A DNA stretch of 40,721 nt, taken from Candidatus Nanopelagicales bacterium (GTDB lineage Bacteria; Actinomycetota; Actinomycetes; S36-B12; UBA5976). A model generated the notes under the pieces. The model was not told where the DNA came from. It saw only the letters and a list, made by a program, of their open reading frames with translations, and searched no databases. Positions 18,853-27,862 of the stretch are shown piece by piece. How positions within the stretch are numbered: position 1 is the first letter of the stretch; the number at the start of each line of letters is the position of its first letter. Location of the stretch: assembly GCA_038124905.1 (NCBI GenBank), contig JAYPCW010000003.1, forward strand, positions 1-40,721, in the 5' to 3' direction. Position numbers and translations under genes: made by a program.

Positions 18853-19743
18853 TTAGGAGTTTAGCAGTGGCAAAACGGCTCCGGTAAGTGTTGCCGCTGC
18901 CATTAATTTACTTGGTTTAATTTGAATCTGATCTTGTGGGAACACGTGACTTCTTGCTTTTACTTTTTCAGCAACTTCGTCTACTAGTTTTGGGTACGCC
19001 AAAACTAGGCCACCACCCAAAACCACTATTTCAGGCGCATACAACACCAAAGCGTTAATGATCCCGATCGTTAACCAGTCTTCATAATTATCTAAGGCTT
19101 CTCTGGCACTTGAGTTGACTTTATTTAAAGAGGCAACGACTTCTGCAAAATTTTTAGCTCCAGATTCTTTTAGGATGGCACTTTGACAAACGCGGGTTTC
19201 CAAACAACCAGTTTGACCGCAAACGCAATAAATTCCATTGGGTTCGACAATCATGTGGCCAACTTCGCCGGCAAATCCATTACCTCCGGAATAGACCTCT
19301 CCCTCTACAACTAACGCCGCTCCAACTGCAGTGCCTAATGCCATTCCTAAAGTGATTCGCTTCTTTTTTCCGGCACCATAAAGTGCCTCAGCTAAGGCAA
19401 AAGAGTTAGCGTCATTTTCTAGGTGGCAAGAAAGTCCGGTACGAGATTCGATCTCTTTAGTAATAGAAACACCAGACCAATCGGCAGGCAAGTTTCCTGC
19501 GTAATTTACGCTTCCTGATTTAGTATCAACTAGGCCGGCAGTTGCGATTCCTACGCCATTAATTTCGGGGTGAAGTTGACGGTACTCCTGAATTTGATCA
19601 CAAATTGCATCAAAGATTTTTCCAGCAGAACTGTTGGGAGTAGGAATTCGTTCAATCTTTGAAGGTTTAGCTGTATCATCAATAATCTCAATTACCGAAG
19701 TTTTAATGCTACTTCCGCCAACATCGACCCCGACAAATTTCAC
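18853..19743 (-). CDS. ROK-family sugar kinase (no HTH); possible GlcNAc kinase
   Basis: GVDVGGS, LENDANSFALAE, LGTAVG, GEVGH...CVCGQTGCLE zinc motif. Confidence 0.88.
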   Translation of the reverse strand: MKFVGVDVGGSSIKTSVIEIIDDTAKPSKIERIPTPNSSAGKIFDAICDQIQEYRQLHPEINGVGIATAGLVDTKSGSVNYAGNLPADWSGVSITKEIESRTGLSCHLENDANSFALAEALYGAGKKKRITLGMALGTAVGAALVVEGEVYSGGNGFAGEVGHMIVEPNGIYCVCGQTGCLETRVCQSAILKESGAKNFAEVVASLNKVNSSAREALDNYEDWLTIGIINALVLYAPEIVVLGGGLVLAYPKLVDEVAEKVKARSHVFPQDQIQIKPSKLMAAATLTGAVLPLLNS

Positions 19744-19748
19744 AGAAG

Positions 19749-20135
19749 TTAGTCTTTATCAATAACTGCTACCACGTCAATTTCGACCAAGATGTTATAA
19801 AGATCTGAGCCAACTGTGGTGCGAGCAGGATATGGTTCAACGAAATATTCGCGATAAACCTTGTCATATTCTGCAAAATCTTCTAGCAAATTTTGTAGAT
19901 GTGACGTTACCTTCACCACATGAGAGAAATCAAGACCTCGTTCTGCCAAAACAGCCTTGATGTTGTCCAAAACTTGTCTTGTTTGTTCTGCAACATTAGA
20001 GCCCACAACTTCACCAGTGGTAGGTGACATTGGGCCGAAACCTGCGGTATATAAAAATCCATTAGCTTCAATGGCATGTGAATAAGATCCGCCTGGTTTT
20101 GCTGCATTTGACGACATAATTTGTTTTCTGCTCAT
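19749..20135 (-). CDS. RidA/YjgF/UK114-family imine deaminase
   Basis: YSHA, QTRQVLDNI, YPARTTV (catalytic Arg), LVEID. Confidence 0.92.
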   Translation of the reverse strand: MSRKQIMSSNAAKPGGSYSHAIEANGFLYTAGFGPMSPTTGEVVGSNVAEQTRQVLDNIKAVLAERGLDFSHVVKVTSHLQNLLEDFAEYDKVYREYFVEPYPARTTVGSDLYNILVEIDVVAVIDKD

Positions 20136-20144
20136 TACTCTCCT

Positions 20145-21368
20145 TTAAAAGTAAGTCAGATATAAATCTAATATCTGATAATCATCGCTAACCACTGGGA
20201 TCAATGGCCACTTATCAAAAGTGGTGCAGGGATGCGAAATACCAAATGCAACCAAGTCACCCACCTTCAATTCTTGGTTTTCAGTCTCAAGATAAATATG
20301 TTGATCATTGGTATTTAGAACTTTTCCAGTTAACTCTTTAATCGGTCCCGAATCTGCCTTGAACTTTAGAGCAAAGGGTAAATCGATATCTACAGAAATA
20401 TCTCGCTTGCCGCCATTGATGATCGCTAAATTGCTTTCTGGCCGAGAATTTACGATTGACCATACTTCAAGAGCTGGTAAAAAAAATGCGTCTGAATTTT
20501 GAGCAAAAGGATAAACTTCTGCATAAAATCCATGATCATGCGTGACGTATCCACCGCTTCTTAAAATTACTTTATACTCATCATCTTGAGTTAAGGGTTC
20601 TAATTCATCAACCACTAAATCAAAAAAAGCGCTGCCTCCAGCACTGACCAAAAAGGGTGTTTTCTCTTTCGGCTTTACTGATTGCGCAAAGCTAACAAGT
20701 AATTTCAAAAAATCCCTTACTTTATTTACGGAATCCGCAGATCGATCCTTGCCAAAAGTTCCTTCATAGCCAGAAACTCCTGCAAATGTCATATTCTTTG
20801 CGACAAGAATTTTTTCTACTAACTGATTAGCAACTGCTAAATCTCTAACGCCTGTTCTACCGTGGGATTTTCCGAGTTCCAGCAAAATATTAACTGGCTT
20901 CGTGGCACTTTTTTCTACAATTTCAAAACCAATTAATGAGTCTATGTAGAAATAAATTTCTGCTTCTTGCTCGCTTAGGTACTTAATTGAAGATGGATTA
21001 ACCACTTCATTGGCAATTATTATTTTGTCAAATCCGAACTCTAGAAAAGTTCTTGCTTGAGAAGCATTTGCCACCGTTACGCCCCATGAGCCATTTTCAA
21101 TTTGACGTTTAGCCAATTGTGGCGACATGTGAGTTTTGACATGTGGTGAGAGCAAAACATTGTGCTTCTTGCAAAAAGCGTCCATGGTTTTTAGATTTTG
21201 CTCTAGTGCGCTATCTAACATGATTGCTTGAGGCCACTGATAGCCGTCTAAAAATAAATTTTTTGATTGCTTTAAGTACTCTTCAATTGAAAGTCCCAAG
21301 GCACTTTCTGGCAAACCCCGAAACTTCCAACTTAATTTAGTGTTTTCAATCTCAGCAAAATTAAACAT
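20145..21368 (-). CDS. Fold-type III PLP D-amino-acid deaminase (DSD1-like, COG3616); candidate D-hexosaminate ammonia-lyase
   Basis: SPHVKTHMSPQL (PLP Lys), GRTGVR, GVSGYEG, SAGGSAFFD, LRSGGYVTHD, GKRD, NDQH, GISHPCTTFDKW. Confidence 0.85.
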   Translation of the reverse strand: MFNFAEIENTKLSWKFRGLPESALGLSIEEYLKQSKNLFLDGYQWPQAIMLDSALEQNLKTMDAFCKKHNVLLSPHVKTHMSPQLAKRQIENGSWGVTVANASQARTFLEFGFDKIIIANEVVNPSSIKYLSEQEAEIYFYIDSLIGFEIVEKSATKPVNILLELGKSHGRTGVRDLAVANQLVEKILVAKNMTFAGVSGYEGTFGKDRSADSVNKVRDFLKLLVSFAQSVKPKEKTPFLVSAGGSAFFDLVVDELEPLTQDDEYKVILRSGGYVTHDHGFYAEVYPFAQNSDAFFLPALEVWSIVNSRPESNLAIINGGKRDISVDIDLPFALKFKADSGPIKELTGKVLNTNDQHIYLETENQELKVGDLVAFGISHPCTTFDKWPLIPVVSDDYQILDLYLTYF

Positions 21369-22263
21369 TTGCCACCCTGGGGAATGCTAAGTGACCGCGA
21401 GCATTTAACTTTATTTTGTAAAGTGAAGAACTTGCCGCTATGTACAAAGTAGATAAATCTTTACCCCCAAATGTACAGTTACCTGGGATTTCACCAGTTG
21501 CGATAAAACCAAGATCGTTGCCATCAGGATCAATTATGTAGACTCCAGCTTTTTCGCCCTCTCCCCCTGTTACATACAAATTTCCTTCGGTATCCAAAAC
21601 CATTCCATCCATACCGTAACCATCTTTAAAATCTAAAAGTGTTCGGCTCCACTTCCATTCGGTTCCTTGAAGCACGTATTCTTCTAAAGTTCTTTTACCC
21701 CCGGGCTTAGGGTTGTGGTCAACTAAATAAAGTTTTTTATTGTCTTGTGAAATTAAGATCCCATTGGGGTACTGTAAGTCTGAAATTACTCTCGTAATTT
21801 GTAAGTCTGTGTCAATTTTATACACCGCCATACAGTCCTGCTCAATATCTTCGTCATATCCATATCGTGGATCAGTGAAATAGATGTTTCCTGCTTCATC
21901 AAAACATAAATCATTTGGGCCATTTAATTTCTTGCCTTGATATGAGGTTGCTAAATCAACAACTTCTCCATTTTTTTCATATCTTCTCACTGCGTGAGCG
22001 CCACCTTTTTCAGAAGATTCATATTTTTTTCCATCACAGCATGTGACTAACCTGCCTTGGTGGTCAAAGTTCATTCCGTTTGCATGTCCAGATTCAGCTG
22101 TCCAAATTTTTGTAGTGTTATCAAATTCGTTGTAAACATAAATTATATTTTCAGAGCAATCAGAAAAAAATACATTTCCTTTATCGTCCGCTGCTGGGCC
22201 TTCCGTAAAAACCCCTTGTGAAAAGACTCGCTCTAGCTTTTCACCATCAATGAAAATGCTCAT
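21361..22263 (-). CDS. SMP-30/gluconolactonase-family lactonase
   Basis: FTEGP, LNGPNDL, YFTDP, PNGI, DGMVLDTEGNLYV, NCTFGG. Confidence 0.92.
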   Translation of the reverse strand: MSIFIDGEKLERVFSQGVFTEGPAADDKGNVFFSDCSENIIYVYNEFDNTTKIWTAESGHANGMNFDHQGRLVTCCDGKKYESSEKGGAHAVRRYEKNGEVVDLATSYQGKKLNGPNDLCFDEAGNIYFTDPRYGYDEDIEQDCMAVYKIDTDLQITRVISDLQYPNGILISQDNKKLYLVDHNPKPGGKRTLEEYVLQGTEWKWSRTLLDFKDGYGMDGMVLDTEGNLYVTGGEGEKAGVYIIDPDGNDLGFIATGEIPGNCTFGGKDLSTLYIAASSSLYKIKLNARGHLAFPRVANV

Positions 22264-23870
22264 GCCTTACTCCAAAATTTGGGGTTCCGAACTGATCGCC
22301 CTGCTACTAAATCGGTGCGTTTACGGTTTTTAATAACATACTCACCCGCTATAAAAACGTGTTCGATGCCTTCTGATTGTTCTCGCGGTTTTTCATAAGT
22401 CGCTCTATCTACTACCGTGTTTGGGTCAAACAAGACTAAGTCTGCTATCTGGCCTGGCTTTACAAATCCTCTATCCTTCAAGCCAATTCGAGTCGCCGGC
22501 CTTCCAGTCATGCGAGCGACCGCCCCTTCCAGCGAAATTACTTTTTCATCTCTGGCATAAACGCCAAGAATTCGCGTAAAACAACCCCATGCTCTTGGAT
22601 GTGGTCTCTTGCCAAACAAAATCCCATCGCTTCCAATCATGTGCTTTTCGTGCTGCATAATTGCGCGAACATTTTCTTCATTACCGGCAAATATCACGCA
22701 AGAAGCTTCAAAATCTTCATCAACAATTAAATCTAGATAAGCTTCAGCGACATCTTTATTCACATTTTTTGCGTATTGCTCTAAATTCATTCCTATCGAA
22801 TTATTGTTACTCGGTCGATTGACATGCGCAATAATCACTGCTGACCAATTAACCGGAGCTCCTTGGTTTCCATCAGTGCCAACGACTTTTAATTCATGAA
22901 TCAGCTTTGCTCTTGCATCGGAATTTTCTATTCGGTCTTTTGCCTTTTTCAGCCCACCTTCATTAATCCACGAAGGTAAAAAGGCATGTAGATAAGTCAT
23001 TCCCGCTAAATAAGGATAACTATCTAATGACACATCAATATTGTTAATTTTGGCTTGGGCTAATTTGTCCAGTAATAAATTAGCTCTGCCCCAAAATTTT
23101 GGAGCACTCAAGTGGCAATGAGTCAAATGCAATGGGCAATCAGATTTTTTTGATATATCTAGACACTCATCAACTGCATCTAAGAATCCCAAACCATAAT
23201 TTCTATGATGTGGTGCGTAGTAACCACCATGATGGGCAACCGTCTTACACAATTCAACCAATTCGTCATCATGTGCATAAATTGCTGGAGTGTAAGTGAG
23301 GCCAGCTGACATTCCTACAGCTCCTTCTTTCATGCTTATTTCAGTAATCGTTTTCATTTCATTTAGTTCGTTTTCAGTGGCATAGCGAGCTGCTCCACCC
23401 ATAACTAACATTCGCAATGTGCCGTGCGGTAACAACATCGCAACATTAAGTGCCGAACCTTGGTCGATTTTGTCTAGATATTCCCCAATGCTTGAAAAAT
23501 CTAATTTTGACAGCTCAGGCTTTCCATTCCAACCAGCAAGTTGTTGAGCTAATTCCGCTTTGGTTTCTGGATTAACTGGCGCATAACTCAAGCCATCTTG
23601 ACCGACTACTTCTAGAGTTACCCCTTGAGTAGTTTTGGCTAAATGTTCTTTATCTTGCAGAACAGCAAGATCTGAGTGGGAATGCATATCTATAAACCCA
23701 GAAGAAACTGCCAATCCAGTCGCTTCAATTTGTTCACCTAGCGAGTTTGATTTACCAGGAGGAGTGATTTCTTGAATACGTCCCTGATGAACCACGACAT
23801 CACCGTTGTAACCTGGTTCCCCAGTTCCATCAACTACTAAAGCGTTTTTTATTACAAACGAATTAGAAAT
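22260..23870 (-). CDS. N-acyl-D-amino-acid deacylase family amidohydrolase; probable ATT (23870) or ATA (23876) start
   Basis: GFIDMHSHSD, GVTLEVVGQDG, IGSDG...HPR, GQIADLVLFDP. The conserved N-terminus IKNALVVDGTGEPGYNGDV lies upstream of the track GTG (23795). Confidence 0.88.
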   Translation of the reverse strand: MSNSFVIKNALVVDGTGEPGYNGDVVVHQGRIQEITPPGKSNSLGEQIEATGLAVSSGFIDMHSHSDLAVLQDKEHLAKTTQGVTLEVVGQDGLSYAPVNPETKAELAQQLAGWNGKPELSKLDFSSIGEYLDKIDQGSALNVAMLLPHGTLRMLVMGGAARYATENELNEMKTITEISMKEGAVGMSAGLTYTPAIYAHDDELVELCKTVAHHGGYYAPHHRNYGLGFLDAVDECLDISKKSDCPLHLTHCHLSAPKFWGRANLLLDKLAQAKINNIDVSLDSYPYLAGMTYLHAFLPSWINEGGLKKAKDRIENSDARAKLIHELKVVGTDGNQGAPVNWSAVIIAHVNRPSNNNSIGMNLEQYAKNVNKDVAEAYLDLIVDEDFEASCVIFAGNEENVRAIMQHEKHMIGSDGILFGKRPHPRAWGCFTRILGVYARDEKVISLEGAVARMTGRPATRIGLKDRGFVKPGQIADLVLFDPNTVVDRATYEKPREQSEGIEHVFIAGEYVIKNRKRTDLVAGRSVRNPKFWSKA

Positions 23871-23872
23871 TT

Positions 23873-24655
23873 TTATCCCTGTGCCTCTATCACTCTAAAC
23901 ATCGGCGCTGGTCCGGCAAGCAATCCGCCATCTATTACTACTTCGGTGCCACTCATCCAACCTGATTCATCAGAAGCTAAAAATAAAACTACATTTGCTA
24001 CATCTTGCGGGGTTCCCACTCTACCCATTGGGTACCAAGCCTTTAAGTCTTCAAAAACTTGTGGATTCCTTTTAGCTCGCTCACTCCAAATCTCAGTAGC
24101 GATTGTTCCTGGAATAACTGTGTTAGAGCGAATACCGTCTTTGCCATACCTAGTTGTAATGGTTCTGGCAAAAGCTAAAACACCAGCTTTAGCAATGGAA
24201 TAAACATCTGAGCCATACATTCCCTTAGCATTCACGGTAGCAATGTTTATGATGTTGCCTTTTTTCTTAGCAATCATGTCTGGCATAACTGCCGTGGTGC
24301 ACAAAAAAGCGCCATTAAGAACTACCGTCATGGTGCGATCAAATTCATTTATGTCAGTGCCAAGCAGATCTTCAGTCTTTGGCAGATATGTCGCATTATT
24401 AACAAGCACATCTACCACGCCAAGGTCATTTTTTATTTGGGTAAAAACATTTTTTACATCTTCAGGTATAGAAATGTCTAGTTTGTAAGCTTTTGCGCCT
24501 GGTATTTCTGCAGCAGCTGCTTTGGCGCCCGCTTCGTCCAAATCAACGAGTGCAACCTTGGCGCCGCTCGCACCAAAGTCTTTTGACATTTGTTTGCCAA
24601 TTCCACGACCAGCTCCAGTGACTACAACAACTTTATTTTCTAGACTCTTATACAT
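23873..24655 (-). CDS. Short-chain dehydrogenase (candidate amino-sugar 1-dehydrogenase)
   Basis: TGAGRGIG, VNNA, YSIAK. The segment PGTIATEIWSERAKRNPQVFEDLKAWYP resembles, from memory, the PRK07074 group. Confidence 0.85.
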   Translation of the reverse strand: MYKSLENKVVVVTGAGRGIGKQMSKDFGASGAKVALVDLDEAGAKAAAAEIPGAKAYKLDISIPEDVKNVFTQIKNDLGVVDVLVNNATYLPKTEDLLGTDINEFDRTMTVVLNGAFLCTTAVMPDMIAKKKGNIINIATVNAKGMYGSDVYSIAKAGVLAFARTITTRYGKDGIRSNTVIPGTIATEIWSERAKRNPQVFEDLKAWYPMGRVGTPQDVANVVLFLASDESGWMSGTEVVIDGGLLAGPAPMFRVIEAQG

Positions 24656-24658
24656 TAA

Positions 24659-25489
24659 TTACTTTATGCTTCCTGCGGTTAAGCCCGAGACTAACCACTT
24701 CTGAATCGAACTAAATAAAATCACAACAGGAATGATAGAGATTACAGCTGCTGCAAATAGGTAATTCCATTGGACTTGATACTGGCCAATAAAGGTATTA
24801 ATACCAACTGTTAGTGGCCGAGTTTCAATTGTACTCGTTAAAGTCAAAGCTATAACAAATTCATTCCATGCTGCAATGAAGGTAAAGATTAGCGCAGTAG
24901 CGATGCCCGGCAAAGCTAATGGAATCGTGATTTTACGTAAAGCGGTAAACCTTGAGCAGCCATCAATAAATGCGGCGTCTTCTATTTCACTTGGTATGCT
25001 AGAGAAAAATCCTGCCATAATCCATATTGCAAATGCCAAATTAAAAGCAGCGCTAACTAAAACTAAAGAAGTAAAAGTATTCACTAGGCCTAGAGTCACG
25101 ACTTCTCGATAAATACCAACGACAAGAGCCACAGGCGAAAGCATTTGAGTAACTAACACTAATAATAGGAAAATACTTCTGCCTCTGAACTTAAAGCGGG
25201 CCACGTAATATGCTGCTGGCAAGGCAACGATTAAAACCACCAGAGTCGCCATTATTGAAATAATTAACGAATTCTTTAGATATGTTGCAATCGGTGCATT
25301 ATTAAAGGTCTCAATAAAATTATTCCATTGCCAATCAGTAGGCAGATACAAAGCAGGCATTTCGAATAATTCATCATCTGGCTTTGTAGCGGTTGTCAAC
25401 ATATGTAGATAAGGAACCGCAAACAAAAACGCAACCACATAGCCGGTAAGAGCAACAACTGTTGTTTTGATGAAACCCTTAATTTTCAT
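24659..25489 (-). CDS. Carbohydrate ABC transporter permease (MalG-like)
   Basis: EAA loop IPSEIEDAAFIDGC, FIAAWNEF, multiple TM helices. Confidence 0.93.
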   Translation of the reverse strand: MKIKGFIKTTVVALTGYVVAFLFAVPYLHMLTTATKPDDELFEMPALYLPTDWQWNNFIETFNNAPIATYLKNSLIISIMATLVVLIVALPAAYYVARFKFRGRSIFLLLVLVTQMLSPVALVVGIYREVVTLGLVNTFTSLVLVSAAFNLAFAIWIMAGFFSSIPSEIEDAAFIDGCSRFTALRKITIPLALPGIATALIFTFIAAWNEFVIALTLTSTIETRPLTVGINTFIGQYQVQWNYLFAAAVISIIPVVILFSSIQKWLVSGLTAGSIK

Positions 25490-26384
25490 TTTGTTGCCTC
25501 CAGCCTGAGACTCGCAAAAACAACAATATGAACAAGAAAATGATCACAAAATTAAAGGTTGCCAGTGCTCCAGACTGCCCCATTTCTTGCATCCTAAAGG
25601 CTAATTTGTACATAAAAGTAGTAGTTACATCTGTCGAATTTCCTGGACCTCCTTGGGTCATCACCCAAATGATTGGAAAATTATTAAACACATTAATTAA
25701 ATTAATGACGGTTGCAACAAGTAAGGCTGGTCTCAATAGCGGAAACACTATTCGCCAATATGTCCTCCATTTTGAAGAACCATCAACTTCGGCCGCTTCT
25801 CTAATCTCATTAGGAATGGTTTGCAAGCCTGCCAACAAAACGAAGCTGGTAAATGGAAGTGACACGAAAACTGCCACAAAAACCATCCAAGCTAATGCAA
25901 CATTTGGATAACCCAGCCAGTCAACTGGCTCATCCAAAATCTTTAGATCCATTAAAACCGTGTTAAAAAAGCCGTAGAAGCCATTGAGCATCCACCGGAA
26001 AGTCAAGGCTGTTGAAAAAACCGAAGCTGCCCAAGGAAGAATAATCATCCAACGAACCTGCGTTCGCCCTGGAAATTTTTGATTCAAAAGTGAGGCTAGC
26101 GGCAAAGAGATCGCAGATGTCAGAATTACAATGGAAATTACCCAAAAAAAAGTTCTTAAGAAAATTGATGGCAGCTCTGGGCGCGCTAAGAGTTCTGCAT
26201 AATTTTGAAATCCAACATAGCCAAGAATTAGACCTGTACGCGATACTTCACGAAATGAAGTTCTAACCATTTCAAAGGCTGGCCAAAAAACCCATGTGGC
26301 AATCAATAAAATCGCGGGCAAAATCCAGGGTAACGGGCCGAGACGAGGTCTTCTAAATTTTTTGTCAGCCCTGAAATTTGACAT
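25479..26384 (-). CDS. Carbohydrate ABC transporter permease (MalF-like)
   Basis: VGFQNY, LAGLQTIPNEIREAAEVDGS, MTQGGP. Confidence 0.93.
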   Translation of the reverse strand: MSNFRADKKFRRPRLGPLPWILPAILLIATWVFWPAFEMVRTSFREVSRTGLILGYVGFQNYAELLARPELPSIFLRTFFWVISIVILTSAISLPLASLLNQKFPGRTQVRWMIILPWAASVFSTALTFRWMLNGFYGFFNTVLMDLKILDEPVDWLGYPNVALAWMVFVAVFVSLPFTSFVLLAGLQTIPNEIREAAEVDGSSKWRTYWRIVFPLLRPALLVATVINLINVFNNFPIIWVMTQGGPGNSTDVTTTFMYKLAFRMQEMGQSGALATFNFVIIFLFILLFLRVSGWRQQNEN

Positions 26385-26423
26385 TGAACCCCTAGCGCTA
26401 TTTGAAGTAGAAATTAATTTAGC

Positions 26424-26462
26424 GCAAGTTTCACCAGGGGAGAAACCCCCGGTGAAACTTGC
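26424..26462 (-). terminator. Intercistronic stem-loop after the solute-binding gene (mRNA stabiliser or partial terminator)
   Basis: GCAAGTTTCACC-A-GGGG-AGAAA-CCCC-C-GGTGAAACTTGC. Confidence 0.75.
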
Positions 26463-26494
26463 AGATTAATTGCAATTACAGCAATTTGCGATTA

Positions 26495-27769
26495 TTAACC
26501 TTGTTCAGCTAAGGCTTGAATTGCGCCTAACACGCCAGAGGCGTCATCTAGGGCTAATCCAACCTTTTGCTGCATTTCGGTTTGTACTGCTGGCCAGTTT
26601 GCAAGATCACCTGGGTAGAAAATCGCACCAGGCATCAAGTCAATGAATGGACCAATTGCAGGATCGCTCTTAGCTGCTTCTCCAGCTGAAACAGTCGCGG
26701 GAATGAATCCACCAGCTGCTTCTAGGAATGCTAAGTAGTTGTCGGGCTCATAGAGGAAATCCATGAATGCCTTAACTGCTTGCTGATTACCATCTTTCTT
26801 GAAACCAAAGAAGTAATCTTGTACACCTAAGGTGATTGCAGTCTTTCCTTCATTGTGCGGGAATCCTGAAATACCGAAATCAACGGTGCTTCCTTGATCC
26901 GACAACACTGATGGGAAGAATACTGAACCATTAACCATTGCAATCTTTCCTTCACCAAAAAGTTGGAAAACTTCGGTGCGGTTAGTGGTTGCAGGGTTTG
27001 GTTGAGTGTAACCGGCATCAACCATTGACTTTAGGAATTCAACTGCTTCAATATTTTCAGCAGAATTGATGATCCACTGACCATCTTTGTAAACTCCTCC
27101 GCCATTTCCACCAGCCCAAATTGTAAATTCTGCCTGTGCCTCTTCAGGTCCTAGCGGAATTCCGTATGGGTATACACCTGGAACATTTGCCTTGATTGCA
27201 GCAGCAGCTGCTTCAAGTTCTGCCCAAGTAGTTGGTGGTGTGGTTATTCCAGCTTGTTCAAAAACCTCTTTGTTGTAGAACATCGCACGAGCAGATGCCA
27301 AGTCTGGCACTGCGTATGCGGTTCCGTCATACTTAGAGTTATTTAAGAATGCAGGAACAATGTCAGCTAAAACTTCTGGGCTGACGATGTCTTCTGCTGG
27401 GTATAGCAATCCGTCTGCTGCAAAATTAGCAAAGACGTTTGAGTTTGCAATGTCTGGAGCTTGACCAGTTGAAACCAAGGTCGCCAACTTGTCGTTTAAT
27501 TGTTCCCAGTTCACTACTTCTACAGTTGCAGTTACACTTGGGTTTTGCTCCATAAATCTTGCAGCCAAATCATCAAAATATGGTTGCATCCGATCGGTAT
27601 ATTGTGCCATCACAATATAAAGATCAGTCGCTGGAATTTCACCAGCTACCTCAGTGGTGTCAGTTGAAGAAGAAGTATCTTCAGCAGCATCTTCCGAGGC
27701 GCCACTTGAGCAAGCGGCCAACAAAACTGCAAGAGCAGCAATGCCGGCGAGGCTTCGCTTTAAGCGCAT
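26495..27769 (-). CDS. Carbohydrate ABC transporter solute-binding lipoprotein
   Basis: Lipobox LAAC, acidic Ser/Thr linker, FYNKEVFEQAGITTPPTTWAEL, FGEGKIAM; strong RBS AAGGAGG. Confidence 0.92.
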   Translation of the reverse strand: MRLKRSLAGIAALAVLLAACSSGASEDAAEDTSSSTDTTEVAGEIPATDLYIVMAQYTDRMQPYFDDLAARFMEQNPSVTATVEVVNWEQLNDKLATLVSTGQAPDIANSNVFANFAADGLLYPAEDIVSPEVLADIVPAFLNNSKYDGTAYAVPDLASARAMFYNKEVFEQAGITTPPTTWAELEAAAAAIKANVPGVYPYGIPLGPEEAQAEFTIWAGGNGGGVYKDGQWIINSAENIEAVEFLKSMVDAGYTQPNPATTNRTEVFQLFGEGKIAMVNGSVFFPSVLSDQGSTVDFGISGFPHNEGKTAITLGVQDYFFGFKKDGNQQAVKAFMDFLYEPDNYLAFLEAAGGFIPATVSAGEAAKSDPAIGPFIDLMPGAIFYPGDLANWPAVQTEMQQKVGLALDDASGVLGAIQALAEQG

Positions 27770-27843
27770 TTTCCCTCCTTATAGGTAGATTGATTCGAAT
27801 CTTACGCCTATAGGATTTAATTCAAAAGATGTATCCGACTTCG

Positions 27844-27857
27844 TTACAAGTTTGTAA
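27844..27857. promoter_or_regulatory. Candidate operator upstream of the ABC operon
   Basis: Palindrome TTACAA-GT-TTGTAA in the intergenic region between the SIS and solute-binding genes. Confidence 0.35.
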
Positions 27858-27862
27858 TGATT

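Noticed and set aside
24659-27769. ABC transporter lacking an ATPase gene
   Set aside because: Normal for actinobacterial sugar ABC systems, which share an MsiK-type ATPase.
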